Positions 24,331 through 36,619 of a stretch of DNA of 64,000 nucleotides are shown piece after piece. The number at the start of each line of letters is the position of its first letter. Position 1 is the stretch's first letter. The notes beneath the pieces were generated by a model. The model worked only from the letters and a program-made list of their open reading frames with translations. It did no database searches and was not told where the DNA came from. Origin of the DNA: Oculina patagonica. Its lineage: Eukaryota. The position numbers and the translations under genes were made by a program. Location: NCBI RefSeq assembly GCF_052425735.1, contig NC_135759.1, positions 5,332,001-5,396,000 of the forward strand. Reading direction: 5' to 3'.

Positions 24331-24727
24331 GGAGATTGGAAAATGAAATACAGATTTTTTCATTTTCCGGAAAAACCCTGAGATTTTGAGTTTTTCTTTA
24401 CAAAAATCTGTAATAGTTCGGATTTGTCAGTTGTTGTAAGATGGACAAACACAATGTTTCATACATTTTTTTAAAAGGCGTTAATTAACGGTTGTGCTGC
24501 GTTGACTATGCTCACAACGGTAATTGAGAAGACAAATTCAAAAAATGCTGTCTCTGTGAAGAGAGTACAAACGGAAGATTATGTATTTGAGTTGTATGAC
24601 GAGAAGTTAAAAGCGAAATTTGTGATTGTCGCGAAGATTGACATTCTACGGTCTTGAAGAGATGATAATTTTATAGTTGTTGAATACTATTTTTGTAAGT
24701 AGAAGTTCGATGCCCTAACATTCTTAA

Positions 24728-26127
24728 AGGAGCTACGTCACAGGGATTTCGCAGATTTGTATACGTAATTGGACTACATGCTGTCCAATTTGGAAATAAT
24801 TTGATGAAAAAAATTCCGAGGGCAGCCAAAATTGGACGAGGCCGTAGGCCGAGTCCAATTTGGCTGTCAGAGGAATTTTTTGAATCTAATTATTTCCAAA
24901 TTGGACAAGCATGTAGTCCGGTTACATATTAATTATATAGCTTGTAGTCAGTCAATCCAGCGTAAACAATAAACTTTTTATATGTCTAGAACGGGAAAAA
25001 CATTCAACAATAGTAGGCATAACACAGCACATGCAACTCACTCAAAGCATTGCATCACAAATAAAACTTAAACAAAACAGTGCAACAGTTTATTCACCTG
25101 AGTTTGCGAAGCTTGCTACAAAGTGAGTGAAAACACTGCATCAATCAATGAAAGTCGTAAACAAAGTGTCCGAAGAGCTTTACAACTTCTTGAATCTGAC
25201 ATACTCCTTTCTACTATTTCGTTCATATCTCATGGCCGTCTTTTCTTTTCGAATTTCAGCATAAACGACAAAGAATTGCATCTAGCTCGTGGCGATGAAT
25301 ATCTGAAAGATTTCAGTTCGCTTCGCTGCACTTACGTTCAGCCAAGTTTTGTACTATTAGAGGCGTTTTGCTCTTAGTTTTTGCTTCTTAGTGTAGCTAG
25401 CTCCTCTTCTGACAAAGTAGAAAATTTCTCTTTGTTGTTACTATTGCTGAAAAGCTCAAAAGGAATGGAAAAACGTAGCAAACTTGCCTTAAAAATTCCG
25501 CCATTGTCGACTAACAATGTGACAAGTTTCCCGGGCTGACGCTATGCTTAATGCTAATTGGCTGATATCCGTCACATGTCGTTTTTCCTTCGATTTGATT
25601 GGCTGAGACAAAACTGTCCAATTTTTCTTAAATTGGACAGTTTGTGAATTTTACCTGAAAGTCCTAATTGAAACTATCCAAATTTAATCCCAAATTGGAC
25701 AGTTCTCAGAAATTAAGGAAAAATACCTGCGCTGACAATATAGGATTTACTGACAGCTATATAATTATTAGTCTAAACTGTTCTGAAATCAGTGGTAGGG
25801 AACTTAACCCATGAAAAGCATTATCTTTGAACATATAAATGAAGATATAACCTTAATTTGCGGATAGAAATCAATCTACGGCTATATAAATATCGAATTT
25901 TTGAAGACGCGCGGAAATAACTTGAAAAGTTTAGCCTTAATTTTTCAAATTGCAATCCATTTCCATCCTAGTCATCCGCAGCCAAAGACACTCGTAAACA
26001 GTTTTAGTGCTCTAATGTAGCAATTTTGAATAAAAATGGCCGGACCATTATTTTTAGGTTTCTTTAACACAAATATAATATAAATTTTGGCTGTTCAAAA
26101 TCTGGTAAAATCCGTGACAAAGCCACT
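24728..26127. mobile_element. Kolobok-like MITE interrupted by a nested element
   Basis: TTAA-AGGAGCTACGTCACAGGGATTT ... AAAATCCGTGACAAAGCCACT-TCAA; imperfect TIR and TSD. Confidence 0.6.
24760..25770. mobile_element. Hairpin-ended non-autonomous element (Crypton-like, classification tentative)
   Basis: About 170-bp palindrome 24760-24929 centred on GAGGCCGTAGGCCGAG, then TAATTATATAGC (24930) inverted as GCTATATAATTA (25756); no TSD seen. Confidence 0.65.
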
Positions 26128-26887
26128 TCAACTTTTTGTATGTTACAGTGATTTCTTTAATCGGAATAAGGTTAACATTTGTAGAAAACTTTAAGCATCA
26201 TAAAAATTGCACACCAAGTGTGATCAAATTTGATTCACAGTTGTTTGTTGTTTGCGAAATTTCTCTTTTCGGTTGGAACCAAATCCACAAATTTTCTTAT
26301 TTTCATTGGGATGCAGTTTATAGCATTAGATCACGCGAGATTACATTTTAGGCGTGAAATTGATTAGCCAATAAGAAAGCAGAGCATATGTCATGTGACG
26401 TTAATGCCAAAATTAAATGAGAGGGAAGCGGACTCTTAAAAAACGGACCACGCTGACGAGTTAAGAATAGAGCATGAGGATAAGGGCTCGACTTCGTACC
26501 GGGTGAGATAATGAATTTCAACTGAGCCAATTGACACATGTATCCCCTTGATCAACAAAAACCAGTTATACGAGATCGGAATCAAACATAACCTGTTCGG
26601 GAAATAATCACTCGAAGCTTTTGTTGAAAACTTGAATGTGTGGTCCCAGTTTTCAACCATCCATAAATTGGACCCCGGAAAACATACTAATAGTTGCCTA
26701 TAATTAAGAGTAGCACGAGGTGAGACGGTTGTTTGTCCTTCTATTGTACATAAGAGAATAGGAGGCAAAACTAGATCCTGAGTAGAAAACTGAAATCCAG
26801 CGCCAGTTTGTCAAATAAGAAGGAAAACCCGGACGAGTCTTTGTAACTTATACTTAGGAATATAAATGAACTATTTTCTGATCACAA

Positions 26888-27535
26888 CGGTTTTCACGAC
26901 GCAAGCTCAAGCGCAAGCATAACAGCTCTTATTTCACTGTGAAAACGGCTTCTACGAAAGCATAAGCACAAGCGCAACCACAAGCACAAAAATCAATTTT
27001 TTTCATTTTCTTGTGCTTGCGCTTGTGCTTGCGTTCGTGTGAAAACGATACATCGCAAATTGTTTACGTCTGGCAGAGTCTAGCCAATTAAAGCACTCGT
27101 TCCAGCATTTGATAAAAGTGGCAGAGGCCGCAGTTGATTTTGATAAACGTTTTCCGAGGTTGTTCAGAGGAGTGGAGACAAAAAAAAAACAAAATTAAAC
27201 AAAAATGCACAAGCGTGGGCTCGAGTAGCGAAGAAAATGGAGATCTATAACAAGATCTATAAAAATCTTTAACCCCAAATGTTTCGTTTTCCTCCATTTT
27301 TGTAGTCGTTTTCGCTTTCTTTGTCACAAGGAGTAGAACAGACAACAACACTCGACACCTAAGAGTTTCTGTCGCAATTTTTGCCTAAAGAACAGAGTCG
27401 AGAACGGAGCCTTCTAACTAGTAAACATCATATTCTTATGCTAATGTGCTAATGCTTATGTCGACGTTTGTTTTCTTTTGGCACAAACTACTAATGCTTG
27501 CGCTTGTGCTTGGGTCGCTAGTGAAAACCAGGCTT
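26888..27535. mobile_element. Harbinger-like MITE with degenerate left end
   Basis: GGTTTTCAC..ACGCAAGC left; GCTTGGGTCGCTAGTGAAAACCAGGCT-TAA right; CAAGCA-type subterminal repeats. Confidence 0.6.
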
Positions 27536-29704
27536 AAACCTAAACGCAAGATAATTTCGCAGTGACAAATTATAAACTCAAAATTGTCAGTTCGACAAGA
27601 ACAGATGCTATAGAGTTGAATAAACTTAACATACATTTCTGGTTGTTCAGTTATTGATAAAAGAAAGTTTTAGCAAAAACACGTCCACATACCTCCTGGT
27701 TTCTAAGCAAAAGTTAAAAAAAACTCATACTTTCATATCCCGTTTACTCGAACAAATCTTTGGAATGATTTCAACTCAAATTCAAATTTTAAGAAAATAT
27801 GGCAAATTTTAATGTTTTTTTTCATGCTCTTCTCTCTTTTCATTTAACTTCAAAATAAATTAACGCCCAAAACAAATACGCCCCATAGTGCTTTTGTAGT
27901 ATTCACTAACATGGTTCAAAGACAATAAGGCGTCAGAAGTGAAATTGTGGACCAGATCAAAAAAACTGTTCTTGAGATTCTACCAAAATAATTAAGAAAA
28001 GGCCCGAAAACGTTTGCTTCATTTACGAGTAGAAGCGGCTTTAAAATTTCAAAATTTTGCATCGCACTAGTTTGCTTTGCATTAAGTTTCGTGTAGAGGG
28101 ATAGTCATAGATATTCCTGTAAACCTGCCCTAAATAATCAACTCTGAAATTAAAATAAGTCAGAAATCGGTCAAGATATAAGTCAACGTTTAGTTGTCAA
28201 ATCTTCCAAGAAAAATGATGAAACATAAGCAGGAATGAAAAAGAGTTTGCTTATAACACTAAGTGATTAAGGATCTGAGTCAACTGTTATCCACCGTTCA
28301 AATACTTCAGTTTTATGTGTAGGGTGCTGTTTTTGAAAATAAGAACGTGATATTGCCGAGTCAATCTGCCAATGGCCGAATTTAGTACGCAGTAATTCGT
28401 TTATGATATTCTTTTATGTTCAGTAATGACAAAACAATAGGGGGCTTATTTGGATAGACGCCACCGAAGCAGAATCAAAAACACAAGAAAACTCAAAAAC
28501 TGTAATCAAGGTATTGGTCAGGTCCTGTTTACATGGAAGGCGGGTGCCCCGGCTAACCGAGTTACCCGGCTAAACGAGCTACCCTGGGCTAGCCAACTTT
28601 TCATACGTTTCTTTAGAAAACGCATCGAAGCGTTTACATGCAAGACGGAAAACCCGCCTTGCCGGGGCACTCGGTCTGCTTGCCCGGGGCACCCTTCTAG
28701 GCGGGATAGCTTTTTGCCATGTAAACGGTTATGCCCGAGCTGTCCCGGCTTGCCGGGATAAGTCTTCGCGCGTGTTCTTAAATTAAATTTGAAGTTAATG
28801 GCATAAAATGTATAAATTCTAGACCCAAACAGTGCTATTTGACCAAAATTAGATCAAATTAGTTTTATGTGTAGGCTGGAAAAGTAATCATTTTTTAACT
28901 CCGTTATTCATTATCTTGATACAACAATAGTTATACGTATTGATCCTAGCTACGAACCTAGTTACAGTGTTTATAGATGTTTATCTGCGTTTCTATTGGT
29001 TTTGTAATCGGACCTTTTAGCGTCCCCACGCGCATATATAAGCCGCGTTTAGCGTCCTTTTAAATAGAGTTTTGCAAGATACGAGTTTATCACAAGTACT
29101 TTCGTTAGACGTATTCTTAACCTTTGGCACAAGCGGGACCGATATGTAAGTAACTTTTTAATTTGTTTAGTTTTAACTCTTTTCTGTCAGTCACAAAAAA
29201 CACAAAATTGACCACAATGGACATTTTATTTAATATCTCAACAGGTATTTACAGCAATGTGGACTACTATATCTGAATTGAAAGGGGATATAATCGGGCG
29301 AAAGTACACGAATGAACGTTTATTGTACAGTTTTAATTGATTTATAATCGCAAGATGAGTAAATTGGATCAAACACTTTGTGGATCATGGAGTGAACGCC
29401 CACCATTGAAAATAGCAACTTAAGAGCGAAATTCTCTATCTTTTTAGAATTTTCGGACAAAAAGGTTAAAATCGAATTTTTTTTTATTACGCCAAAAAGA
29501 CCCTTTGGGTGAACTATTTTTGAAAATATTATGTAAAACTTCCAGCGAGTTCAATTTTTTTGAGAAAACGAGGAAGTTTGTAATTCGAGCTCATGCTGTC
29601 TGAACGCCGAGGAAAACTAATTAATTGACAGCAATTTCGTGGCATTTTCGATGCGCTCGTTCTCAACTTCAGAAACTTGCCTTGAGTTCATTTTTACATG
29701 AGTA

Positions 29705-30709
29705 CAGTATGTGGTCCTTGGTCCGTGAGGTCCTTGGTCCGCGACTTTTTCGAATATGATTTAATATTTCCTCGATATCTAAACTTCGGCAAAAAATGAA
29801 TGTTTCCAATGATTCTTTGACTATTCTTCTTTGGTATGTTAAATTTTCAGCTTTTTTACTGTCAGTTACGATGCGAAATTCACGCTTGTCAACAGACAGG
29901 TAAATTTGCCTTTCTTGAAATTTCAACTTTTCGCGAGTCCGTGAATTACATGGCCGCGTTTACTAAGCTAGTGCATAGATAAAACGCAACGGGATAACGT
30001 GTTTTTTTGGAGAACAGGTTAATATATCAATAGATTTCAGAATCTGCGAAGAAATTTGCTGCAGAGTTGCAAATTTTCGGTTTAGCGACTAATAAAAGTT
30101 ATAAACAATTTTCGCATATGGGTCCTTGGTCCGTGACTTTTGACTGTGAATTAAAAAAGTGTTCTAAAACAACGATCATTCAGAAAAATATTAAGTACTG
30201 GGTGCACGCATTGGTGCTACGGCATTTATCCTCGCTTCAAATGTTTCAAAATTAAATTGGAGAGTTATAAAGAGAAGAAATTAAGACGCGGGTTTCGTTG
30301 GAGACTTCGGTCTGAAAGAAATCTGAAGAATATACTGGTTGTTTTATACTCGCACCTAACAACGACTTCCAGCAAGACTGAAGCTTAAAAATGTCAAAAA
30401 TAGAAAAGAATAACTTAAATATTGCTAAAACATTGCAACTTTTTTGAAAATTATTGCGATTTACAGTAATTTTCACTTTGTTTACGTGACTCGCGGATAA
30501 AGGACCACAACCGCGGACCAAGGGCCAGCGAACACGATCACCTTTTTTCGAATTACAAGAAAAATACTTCATAAGGAAAGTTGCCACTCTGGAATTAACT
30601 CGAGAATCATAAAAGCTATCTTCAGGGAAAATTTCAGCCGATAATGTTTTGATTCAGGTAAGATATTCAAGTTTATCACTTTTATTCGCGGACCAAGGAC
30701 CACATACTG
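29705..30709. mobile_element. Tc1/mariner-type MITE with IR/DR ends, inserted in the left Sola3 TIR
   Basis: TA TSD; TIR CAGTATGTGGTCCTTGGTCCG / CGGACCAAGGACCACATACTG; the right Sola3 arm shows the empty site (catgagTAtgtaacc). Confidence 0.92.
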
Positions 30710-32517
30710 TATTTAACCATCTCTAGGTCTTCCTTTTAAACAGAAAATCTTCCTGAAATATGTAATTGTTGACACATTTTCACCGCGTTAAAAATTCTAT
30801 CGATCGCAATTTAATTTACACACCGAATTTGACCTAACTTCAGAGGGCTAGAACACCAAGGGTATACGCTTCTATCGGTAAAACATGGGTTCTTTGAAAA
30901 GCCCTATTCTTCCTCCTTATCATATCCAAAGCGTTAGTTTGGCCCGTAAAAAGTGAGTGCGCTAGCACGAAAAATATACAGGCATTTTTCACATGTTTCC
31001 GCCATAATTTCCATTCTGCAGTCAACCGGATAATGTCGAACTTAATTGTTGAAACGAATTAAATTTGGTCTTATGCTTCGCCGTTATCAGTTTCAATGAC
31101 TTTAATTTTTTGCTACAAAACTACAATATCTCAATTTTTAACAGAAAGGAACAGTTTTAATAAAAAGAAATAAATAAAGCAACAAACAAGACATGCTCAC
31201 CTTGCAATTGTGCCGCCGTTAATTTATGCGAGGGAAGAGAATTGTCGCTGTTTGTTGTTTTCATTTCCACTGAAGCGTTTCCTTGCACTTCTCAGTTTTT
31301 AAATATAAGAATACCCTTTTTACGCATACACATCTCAATTTAGACGACATTCCTGAAATTTAGCAAGAATCTTATCCACCAAAACGGCAAATTCGTGCTA
31401 TGTGCTGTTTGACTATACTCGTCACGCAAGAGAATTTATTGATATCATATTTCCAACACAAGTTGACGTGACGTAGGGACGGACCATTGAAATAACCGGT
31501 GGGGTGTTGACTTTTTCCAAAAAAAACTGTTTCAAGAAAAAAGGGATGTGACATAGTGCATTGTTGAAAAAACAAATAATGCAAAGAAAGAACCAAAACG
31601 AGCAGTAGTTGTCATCTTTTAGCGGAGGAGTTTGGGGGGTGGGAGAAGGTTTCGTATTAGAAATTTTGGATTTTGTGGGGTGAACAGGGGGAAAACGTTC
31701 TGATAAAGAGAGGGGGGATACATTCAACAGGCATAATCAAATCCCTCCCTGACTCAACCCCATTCAAACTGAATGGTCCCAGGAGCCCCCAAATGCCGCT
31801 TAATACAGAAAACAACTGACCAGAGAAATGAATTTCAGTTATGATATTTATAATAATTCTTGCGTTGAAATCTTACATGCGTTACGAAAAAGGCCTGTAT
31901 CTTTAGGCAAAAACTGAACGTCATGCAATGCTTGTGCCCTGGAATATAATCCTACAGACAAGTAGGCCCACTAACCCCCTTCCAGCTAATGGTCACTAAT
32001 AGGTCACAAACAGCAACTTAGCGGAAAATTATTAAATTAATCTATTTGCTATATGTGATAGATATAGACGTCCACTGTTCTTCTTACAGACCTGGTGAAA
32101 TTTTGTCCGCGAAACAAGCCGTAGCCTGATCCCGCGGGCTTGATATAGCTTCAGGCAGTCGGTTTATAGTTCAGGTATTAGTTTTGGAGCAGCGCAAAAA
32201 ATAAATAAATAAATATATCAATAAATAAATAAGTAAATAAATAATTTAATCAATATATGTGTAAAAATAATTAGAAAAGAAAGCGTTTTGGGTTGTTCTG
32301 ATAGACAGGGAGAATGAATAAATTTTTCCGCTACTTCGCCTGCAGAAGACCCTTGCAACTTTTTCCGCTTGCCTTTATTCTCGTTAATCGCATTTTTTCG
32401 TGCTCCTCCCAAAGTGTTCACCAGGGTTCTTGGTCAGCTACAAGCAAAAGAAATTAGCAATGGTCGTCCGGTTTACGTTTGGCGGATAAAATTTCAGCCG
32501 CCGCATGGTTTAAATTA

Positions 32518-33202
32518 CCGTAATTTCTCGATTAAACGCCGGCCTCGTATAAAAGCCGGGTCAAAATTGCTTATTTTTTAATAAACGCCGGGAGTGTTCG
32601 TTCGTTGCTATGAATGGCACTAGTACGGTATGCTACTTTGGAATTTTCAATGAACGCTGGCGTAACGTAGCTAGGATGGACGTTGTACAACAAAATATAA
32701 CCTTATTCACCTAGCCGTTTTCGCATTCCCGTCTGTCTTACAGTGACGCATTTTCGTTCTTGTGTTAGTGCTTACAGGCGTTGAAATCACGAGAAACCCT
32801 CAGTTCGAGGCGTTTATGAACTCAAAACTTTGTATCCATAACCTTTACTTCGTGCTCTTTTGTGTAGTTAAAATACCGTTTATGTTCCTTTTGTCATAAA
32901 TCATGGTTGCAATATAAACGTGTTCAATACGCAATAATGAACCTTTGGGAAACTGTAAAACTTAGATGGCCAGGGAAAGTTTTTCGGGGCAAAACGAAGA
33001 GCAAAATCGCCTTGCTTTGTAAAACTGCCCCTTGGTCTCGGAGATCGACTGAAAGCAAATCAATCTGAAAATTTGACAGAAATTTGCCTTCCGTTAATAA
33101 ACGCTCGGCCCGGATTAAACCCCGGCTTCAAATAAACCGGCGCCGGGTCCACCAATCCAAGTTCGAAATAATCGCCGGGGGTGCTTAATTGAGAAAATAC
33201 GG
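32518..33202. mobile_element. TA-targeting MITE (CCGT ends, Tc1/mariner-pogo-like)
   Basis: TA-CCGTAATTTCTCGATTAAACGCC ... CTTAATTGAGAAAATACGG-TA; same end family as 55089-55349. Confidence 0.8.
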
Positions 33203-33978
33203 TAATACAAAAATAGGGAACATCATGATCTGACATACAAATACGAGGTGTAGCCACCCTAAATTAATGTTTTTAATGTGTACGGATACTGGATAGTTCC
33301 ATAATATTTGGACAAAATTTCTTCAGACCTGTAAGAAGTATAGTTGACGTCTATTAGTGTCACACATAAATAGATCAAAATACACTGTTTTTATTTATAA
33401 TAAGAAAACTATGGGGTATGCCCCCAGAACCGCTAGCAGCTCGCGCCTCCGGCGCTCACGTGCCCCTCTTCCCTTATTTTACCTTTGCTACGGCACTGAC
33501 ATGATCAATAGATACCCATTGCGTACTAAACGGAAATGTTAAACGATATAAACGAGTATTAGAATGTTCACAAGAATATTTTCATTCTAAATTCAGCAAA
33601 AAACCTGAGTCGAAAACAACAGATTTATCTAATGGGCGTACAATTAAATATAGACAACTGAAAGCAAGGCTGATCGTATATTACGTGAAAGGTTGACTTG
33701 GCGAGACACCACCGCGACTAGAACCGATACAGAAGATTGCAACCGCAGACAGCTTTCTCGTTCTTATTGGGACTCAATGCGGTGTAGCAAATCTAAATGA
33801 CACCAGCTCGAAGAGCCAACGCAAATATATTGCCCAATAACCCGTACACTGTATCAAGTTCCGTACTTTGCAGGAGGAGGGTGGGGGCAAACATTTTTGG
33901 CCTACTTGTCTGGAGGATTTTATTCTAGGGCACAAGCATTGGAGCGACATTTGGGGGCTCCTGGAACCGTTTAGTTTG

Positions 33979-34920
33979 CCGAAGCGTGCAGAGGTATTGA
34001 TGGTTAAGCTGAGGCGAAACTGCACATCATAATTGTAAACGGCGCTCCACACGAATTTCCTGTTAGCCTTTTGAATAACATCCCGGTAGCGGGCGAGTTC
34101 CTTGTAACGAAGCGGTTCGACATCGAGCACGAGCGCTTCATAAATGTTCCACGCCTCGAGCCATGAGTCGAATGATTCGACAGTTAAGTTTTGGGTTGCG
34201 CTTGTTTTCTGACTGCCGGTTCCAGGAACGTCGCCACATGTTTCGGGCTTAACTTTGCGTGGGAGAAGATCAACAAAATCAACATAAGCGCCGGCTTTAA
34301 CGGCTTTAAGTAGCGTACCTGAAACTACATGGCCGGAGGCGTTGTTTTGGCCAGATGGAAGTTGAAGCTCCTTCTGAACCGTGGAGTCGCTGTTGTGTTT
34401 GTCGGCGCGAGCGGACGTTTCTTGTGTTGAGGCACCGCCCCCAATTTTTTCTTTGCTTGCTTTGATGTCGGTGACCGTGTCGCGTAGTGTTTTCTGTTCG
34501 AGTTGTAGCGCCTCGACTTGGCTCGACAACGCTCGTATCGCTTGAAGCAACGCGTCTTGTTTATCGCCAGGAACAGGAACAGGAGCGAGCGTTTCTTCTT
34601 CTTCGACGGGTGACTTTTCAATGTTGTTGTCGTTGGCAGGATCTGGATCATCAGGACCTTCGCAGTGTTTGCCCATTGCTGCGAAATCGTGAATATCTTT
34701 CGGTGTTCCGCAACCGGGGCACTTATTTTTACGTTTTGCTTTTGTTTTCGAGGACATTTCGTTGAGATGAGCGGCTAGAAGTCGGTGAAAAAACGAAAAA
34801 CAGCTAAACAGCTAAACGATCGAACTAAACAGCGATAAGCGAATGTACAATTATGTAATGCGATGCTAACACGTGTTGGCTTCATTAAACTATATTAACA
34901 ATATTAATATCACTTAAAGG
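33979..34920 (-). mobile_element. 5' fragment of a DIRS/Ngaro-like tyrosine-recombinase retrotransposon (ORF1/gag-like), truncated
   Basis: ORF from 34757: GAYVDFVDLLP, SFDSWLEAWNIY, ELARYRDVI..ANRKF.WSAVYNYDVQFR resemble ORF1 of DIRS/Ngaro elements; after 33979 the ORF runs into Sola3 TIR sequence. Confidence 0.7.
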
Positions 34921-36290
34921 GAAGGGATTTGATTATGCCTGTTAAATATATTGTCCCTTTCTTTATCAGAACGTCTTCCCCTGTTCCCCCACAAAATCCA
35001 AATGTTAAATACGACCCCCCTCCCACAAAAAAACAAAAAAAAAAAACTCCTCCTTTAAAAGATGACAACTACTTCTCGTTTTGGTTCTTTCTTTACCTTA
35101 TTTTTTTTAACTATGCACTATGTCACATCCCTTTTTTCTTGAAACAGTTTTTTTGGAAAAAGTCAACACCCCACCGGTTATTTCAATGGTCCGTCCCTAC
35201 GTCACGTCAACTTGTGTTGGAAATATGATATCAATAAATTCTCTTGCGTGACGAGTATAGTCAAACAGCACATAGCACGAATTTGCCGTTTTGGTGGATA
35301 AGATTCTTGCTAAATGTCAGGAATGTCGTCTAAATTGAGATGTATATGCGTAAAAAGGGTATTCTTATATTTAAAAACTGAGAAGTGCAAGGAAACGCTT
35401 CAGTGGAAATGAAAACAACAAACAGCGACAATTCTCTTCCCTCGCATAAATTAACGGCGGCACAATTGCAAGGTGAGCATGTCTTGTTTGTTGCTTTATT
35501 TATTTTTTTTTTATTGAAACTGCTCCTTTCTGTTAAAAATTGAGATATTGTAGTTTTGTAGCAAAAAATTAAAGTCATTGAAACTGATAACGGCGAAGCA
35601 TAAGACCAAATTTAATTCGTTTTAACAATTAAGTTCGACATTATCCGGTTGACTGCAGAATGGAAATTATGGCGGAAACATGTGAAAAATGCCTGTATAT
35701 TTTTCGTGCTAGCGCACTCACTTTTTACGGGCCAAACTAACGCTTTGGATATGATAAGAAGGAAGAATAGGGCTTTCCAAAGAACCCATGTTTTACCGAT
35801 AGAAGCGTATACCCTTGGTGTTCTAGCCCTCTGAAGTTAGGTCAAATTCGGTGTGTAAATTAAATTGCGATCGATAGAATTTTTAACGCGGTGAAAATGT
35901 GTCAACAATTACATATTTCAGGAAGATTTTCTGTTTAAAAGGAAGACCTAGGGATGGTTACATACTCATGTAAAAATGAACTCAAGGCAAGTTTCTGAAG
36001 TTGAGAACGAGCGCATCGAAAATGCCACGAAATTGCTGTCAATTAATTAGTTTTCCTCGGCGTTCAGACAGCATGAGCTCGAATTACAAACTTTCCTCGT
36101 TTTCTCAAAAAATTAAACTCGCTGGAAGTTTTACATAATATTTTCAAAAATAGTTTACCCAAAGGGTCTTTTTGGCGTAATAAAAAAAAATTCGATTTTA
36201 ACCTTTTTGTCCGAAAATTCTAAAAAGATAGAGAATTTCGCTCTTAAGTACTTTGGGCTTTAAATCAGCCACACGTATCCATCGTGCATT

Positions 36291-36619
36291 TGTTATGTTA
36301 GAATCTCGCTCGTTTAGTTTTTAAATGTAGTTTATTCTAGTTTGTTTGTTATTTTAGCCGCATTATTGTCGTTTAAAGTACGTAGTTTTTGGACACGCGT
36401 TTTGCCCATGTATTACGCAACATTTCAGCTAAATTGATTAGAATTTCGTTATATTGTTAATTTTCAGTTTACGATAGTTTATCCTTGATCGTTTATCCTT
36501 GATCGTTGATTCTTAAATCGAAGCAATAAATCGCCGTTAACCGTCAACTTTGGTTTTCCGTGGTTAATTTGCACCTTCGAAGACGACCCGTAAGATAGTC
36601 CCATCACTTCGTTACCACA
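36291..36619 (+). mobile_element. Possible solo LTR
   Basis: TGTTATGTT...AATAAA...TTACCACA (TG..CA ends); no clean TSD. Confidence 0.4.

Larger units (their letters stand above)
29424..36243. mobile_element. Non-autonomous Sola3-like DNA transposon with TIRs of at least 1.3 kb
   Basis: TTAA TSD (29420-29423, 36244-36247); GAG...CTC termini; left arm 29424-29704 plus 30712-31746 is the inverse of 34923-36243; long TIRs, GAG/CTC ends and TTAA TSD are hallmarks of Sola3; no transposase ORF seen. Confidence 0.82.

Noticed and set aside
28917-29140. LTR plus primer-binding site (TATA-like box, TGGCACAAGCGGGAC)
   Set aside because: No TG..CA boundaries, second LTR or internal ORF could be confirmed
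30840-35834. Identical 61-aa ORFs on opposite strands (30840-31025 and 35649-35834)
   Set aside because: By-product of the long TIRs; non-ATG start and no recognisable domain
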